Assembly: GCF_009914755.1 (NCBI RefSeq)
Contig: NC_060926.1
Source of the DNA: the human T2T-CHM13v2.0 reference genome, Homo sapiens
Direction: 5' to 3' (one strand)
DNA: 64,000 nucleotides
Positions within the stretch are counted from its first letter, which is position 1; each line of letters opens with the position of its first letter. A model generated the notes under the pieces. It made no database searches, was not told the DNA's origin, and was given only the letters and a program-made list of their open reading frames with translations. Position numbers and translations under genes: made by a program. Below, piece after piece: positions 58,241-64,000 of this stretch.

Positions 58241-58455
58241 GACTGTACTTCATTATATCTGATAATGTAGTTTTGTCCAAAAATTTTTATATTAAGACAC
58301 ATTTTATTATAAGTTGCTTCATTTTTAAAATATAATTAAGCCTTTATATAATAGCAATTTGAATTTACAGTTTTATAATTTTAAATTGCACATATATGTA
58401 GGTTATCTTATCTATACTTTTATTTCATATATAAAAAGAGGCATTGAGAATCACT
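57405..58455 (+). mobile_element. MER20B-like hAT element split by a Tigger3a-like element
   Basis: cagtggtt start, gaaaaacctg...ctgagtcta, ttaccaagaattgtt, ttgagaatcacta end. Confidence 0.7.
57929..58245. mobile_element. Tigger3a/MER2-group element with (TG)n near the right end
   Basis: gttggccctcc...catccatggattcaa...gggaggatgtgcatag...gagcatcc; TA on both sides; (TG)n at 58208-58240. Confidence 0.82.
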
Positions 58456-58604
58456 AGATGACAATAGTATGGTATCTGTCTCTCTTCTGGAAAAATCTAA
58501 CTTGAACTCATGCATAGAGAAATGAAAACTGGAATTTATAGAATTGTTTCTATGGGGACATTGTGAGATTCTCTGCTGATGATAATGACTTAAGAAAGAC
58601 TTTG

Positions 58605-59100
<496 letters not shown>

Positions 59101-59389
59101 TTATTTATCATGTTTAGGGAGCTTTATTCTATTCCTAATACTTGCTAGTATGTTTTAAAATCATAAATTACTATTAAAGTTTATCAAGTAATTTTTGGCA
59201 TTATTAAGAACATCTTCAGAGCAACTCTTCAGGACTTTTTGGTGCAAATCATGCTGGGTTCTGCAGTCAACCAAGCTACATATTTATGAGGTCAGCCATT
59301 TAAGATTAATAGAGATTGTTCTTATAATTTGCTACCCACTTTTGTTCTCAAGTATGCTGGTTTAAAGACTCTAATGTTGACATGGTTGT

Positions 59390-59825
59390 TGTTTTCATCT
59401 ACTTGGTCTGTCATAACAAAATTTCATAGACTGGGTGGCTTAAACAACAGACATTTATTTTCTCACAATTTTGGAACCTTGACATCCAAGAGCAGGGCAT
59501 CAGCACAGTGGATTTCTGGTGAGGCTTCTATTTCTGTGTTGTAGATTTCTGTCATCTCACTGTTCATGTGACCTCTTCTTGGTGAGCATGTGCATGGAGT
59601 GTGGTGTGAAAGAGAAGGAGGTGGAGGGACATAGCAAGCTCATTGGTATTTTTTCTTATAAGGACAGGCAATATAATATGATATGATAATTCTATCATAT
59701 TAGGGTTCCACCCATATGACTTTATTGTACCTTAGTTACCTCCTTATAGGATCTCCAAATACAGTTACATTGAGAGTTAGGGCTTCAACATAACAATTTT
59801 GGGGTACAAAATTCAGTCCATTGCA
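59390..59825 (-). mobile_element. MLT1A/B-like MaLR solo LTR
   Basis: catagactgggtggcttaaacaacagacatttattt...agggcttcaacata...cagtccattgca; TSD GTTGT/GTAGT. Confidence 0.88.
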
Positions 59826-59859
59826 GTAGTTTATCTGGGTCACTATAAATCAAATAGAA

Positions 59860-60642
59860 CTAACTTGAAAATTTAATAAACCAAGCCCTGAATTAGTAGA
59901 GGAAAGAAACAATAAAGATCAGAGCAGAAAGAAGTAAAATCAAGACTAAAAAAATACAGAAGATCAACAAAATGAAAAGTTAGTTTTATGACAATGATAA
60001 AATCAGCAAGCTGTTAGCTAGACTAAGAAAAAAAGTGAATACCCAAATAAAAGGAGAAATGAAAAAGGAGACATAACATCTGAGAGCTCAGAAATACAAA
60101 GAATCACCAGAGACTATTGTGAATAACCATACACAATAAATTAGAAAACCTAGAGGAAATGTATAAATTCCTGGATCCAAACAATCTACCAAGAGTAAAC
60201 CATGAAGAAACAGAATAACTAAACAGACCAATAATGAGTAATGAGATTGAAACTGTAATGAAAAGTCTCCCATCAAAGAAAAGCTCTGGACCTAATGGCT
60301 TTACTGGTGAATTCTACAAAACATTTAAAGAACTAATACCAATTCTGCTCAAGTAGAAATCCACTGCTCTGGCACCCTCCTCTTGGATTTCGAGTTTTCA
60401 GAACTTTGAGAAAATAATATCTATTGTTTAAACCACCCAGTCTATGAAACTTTGTTATGACAGACCAAGCAGATGAAAACAATAACCATGTCTATTCAAC
60501 TCAAGAAAATACTTCCAAACTTCTTCTATGAGGACAGTATTACTCTGATACCAAAACCAGATGAGCTCACAACAAAAGAAAACTACAGGCCAATATCTCT
60601 AATGAATATAGATGTGAAAATCTTCAACAGAATACAAGTAAA
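59860..60642 (+). mobile_element. Older L1 (L1MA/PB-like) ORF2 fragment with an inverted local insert, interrupted by L1PA
   Basis: ORF2 text (aaattagaaaacctagaggaaatg, [18 protein letters not shown]). Confidence 0.85.
60355..60492 (+). repeat. Inverted copy of 59379-59517
   Basis: ~119/139 identity (hand alignment) to the reverse complement, including 11 bp of non-LTR flank. Confidence 0.9.
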
Positions 60643-61256
60643 GCGAGGCTGGGGAAGGGGCGCCTGCCATTGCCCAGGCTTGCTTAGGTAAACAAAGCAG
60701 CTGGGAAGCTCGAACTGGGTGGAGCCCACCACAGCTCAAGGAGGCCTGCCTGCCTCTGTAGGCTCCACCTCTGGGGGCAGGGCACAGACAAACAAAAAGA
60801 CAGCAGTAACCTCTGCAGACTTAAATGTCCCTGTCTGACAGCTTTGAGGAGAGCAGTGGTTCTCCCGGCACGCAGCTGGATATCTGAGAACGGGCAGACT
60901 GCCTCCTCAAGTGGGTCCCTGACCCCTGACCCCCTAGCAGCCTAACTGGGAGGCACCCCCCAGTAGGGGCAGACTGACACCTCACACGGCCGGGTACTCC
61001 TCGGAGACAAAACTTCCAGAGGAACGCTCAGACAGCAGCATTCGCGGTTCATGAAAATCCGCTGTTCTGCAGCCACCGCTGCTGGTACCCAGGCAAACAG
61101 GGTCTGGAATGGACCTCTAGCAAACTCCAACAGACCTGCAGCTGAGGGTCCTGTCTGTTAGAAGGAAAACTAACAAACAGAAAGGACATCCACACCAAAA
61201 ACCTGTCTGTACATCACCATCATCAAAGACCAAAAGTCTTTGATAAAACCACAAAG

Positions 61257-62274
61257 ATGGGGAAAAAAACGGAGCAGAAAAACTGGAAACTCTAAAAAGC
61301 AGAGTGGCTCTCCTCCTCCAAAGGAATGCAGCTCCTCACCAGCAACTGAACAAAGCTGGACGGAGAATGACTTTGACGAGTTGAGAGAAGAAGGCTTCAG
61401 ACGATCAAACTACTCCAAGCTACAGGAGGAAATTCAAACCAAAGGCAAAGAAGTTGAAAACTTTGAAAAAAATTTAGACGAATGTATAACTAGAATAACC
61501 AATACAGAGAAGTGCTTAAAGGAGCTGATGGAGCTGAAAGCCAAGGCGCGAGAACTACGTGAAGAATGCAGAAGCCTCAGGAGCCAATGCGATCAACTGG
61601 AAGAAAGGGTATCAGTGATGGAAGATGAAATGAATGAAATGAAGCGAGAAGGGAAGTTTAGAGAAAAAAGAATAAAAAGAAATGAACAAAGCCTCCAAGA
61701 AATATGGGACTATGTGAAAAGACCAAATCTACATCTGATTGGTGTACCTGAAAGTGATGGGGAGAATGGAACCAAGTTGGAAAACACTCTGCAGGATATT
61801 ATTTAGGAGAACTTCCCCAATCTAGCAAGGCAGGCCAACAATCAGATTCAGGAAATACAGAGAATGCCACAAAGACACTCCTCGAGAAGAGCAACTCCAA
61901 GACACATAATTGTCAGATTCACCAAAGTTGAAATGAAGGAAAAAATGTTAAGGGGACCTGGAGAGAAAGGTCGGGTTACCCACAAAGGGAAGCCCATCAG
62001 ATTAACAGCTGATCTCTCAGCAGAAACTCTACAAGCCAGAAGAGAGTGGGGGCCAATATTCAACATTCTTAAAGAAAAGAATTTTCAACCCAGAATTTCA
62101 TATCCAGCCAAACTAAGCTTCATAAGTGAAGGAGAAATAAAATACTTCACAGACAAGCAAATGCTGAGAGATTTTGTCACCACCAGGCCTGCCCTAAAAG
62201 AGCTCCTGAAGGAAGCACTAAACATGGAAAGGAACAACCGCTACCAGCCACTGCAAAATCATGCCAAATTGTAA
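61257..62274 (+). pseudogene. L1 ORF1p, inactivated
   Basis: ATG at 61257 put out of frame by an extra A (7 As); TAG at 61804-61806; otherwise canonical, ending ...RYQPLQNHAKL. Confidence 0.93.
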
Positions 62275-62337
62275 AGACCATCAAGGCTAAGAAGAAACTG
62301 CATCAACTAACGAGCAAAATCACCAGCTAACATCATA

Positions 62338-64000
<1,663 letters not shown>

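Overview
AT-rich, CpG-depleted primate (most likely human) genomic DNA, dominated by interspersed repeats. I found no convincing host protein-coding exon, RNA gene or CRISPR array. The main feature is a ~9.6 kb minus-strand class I (gamma-like) endogenous provirus at ~27056-36622. It has MER51-type LTRs, a tRNA-Arg primer-binding site and decayed gag, pro-pol and env; the 3' LTR is truncated and two inverted Alus sit in the leader. The window ends in a 5'-truncated, inactivated L1PA3/PA4-type LINE-1 (60643 to end) that keeps the ~129-bp ZNF93-target segment and sits inside an older L1. That older L1 carries a ~138-bp inverted copy of neighbouring genomic DNA. The rest is ~13 Alus, old L1/L2/MIR, MaLR and MER65 solo LTRs and hAT/Tigger fossils, often nested. 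Subfamily names come from remembered consensus sequences, not a database search. I see no intact novel system; the best leads are the coding-type MER51-LTR provirus and several local rearrangement scars.
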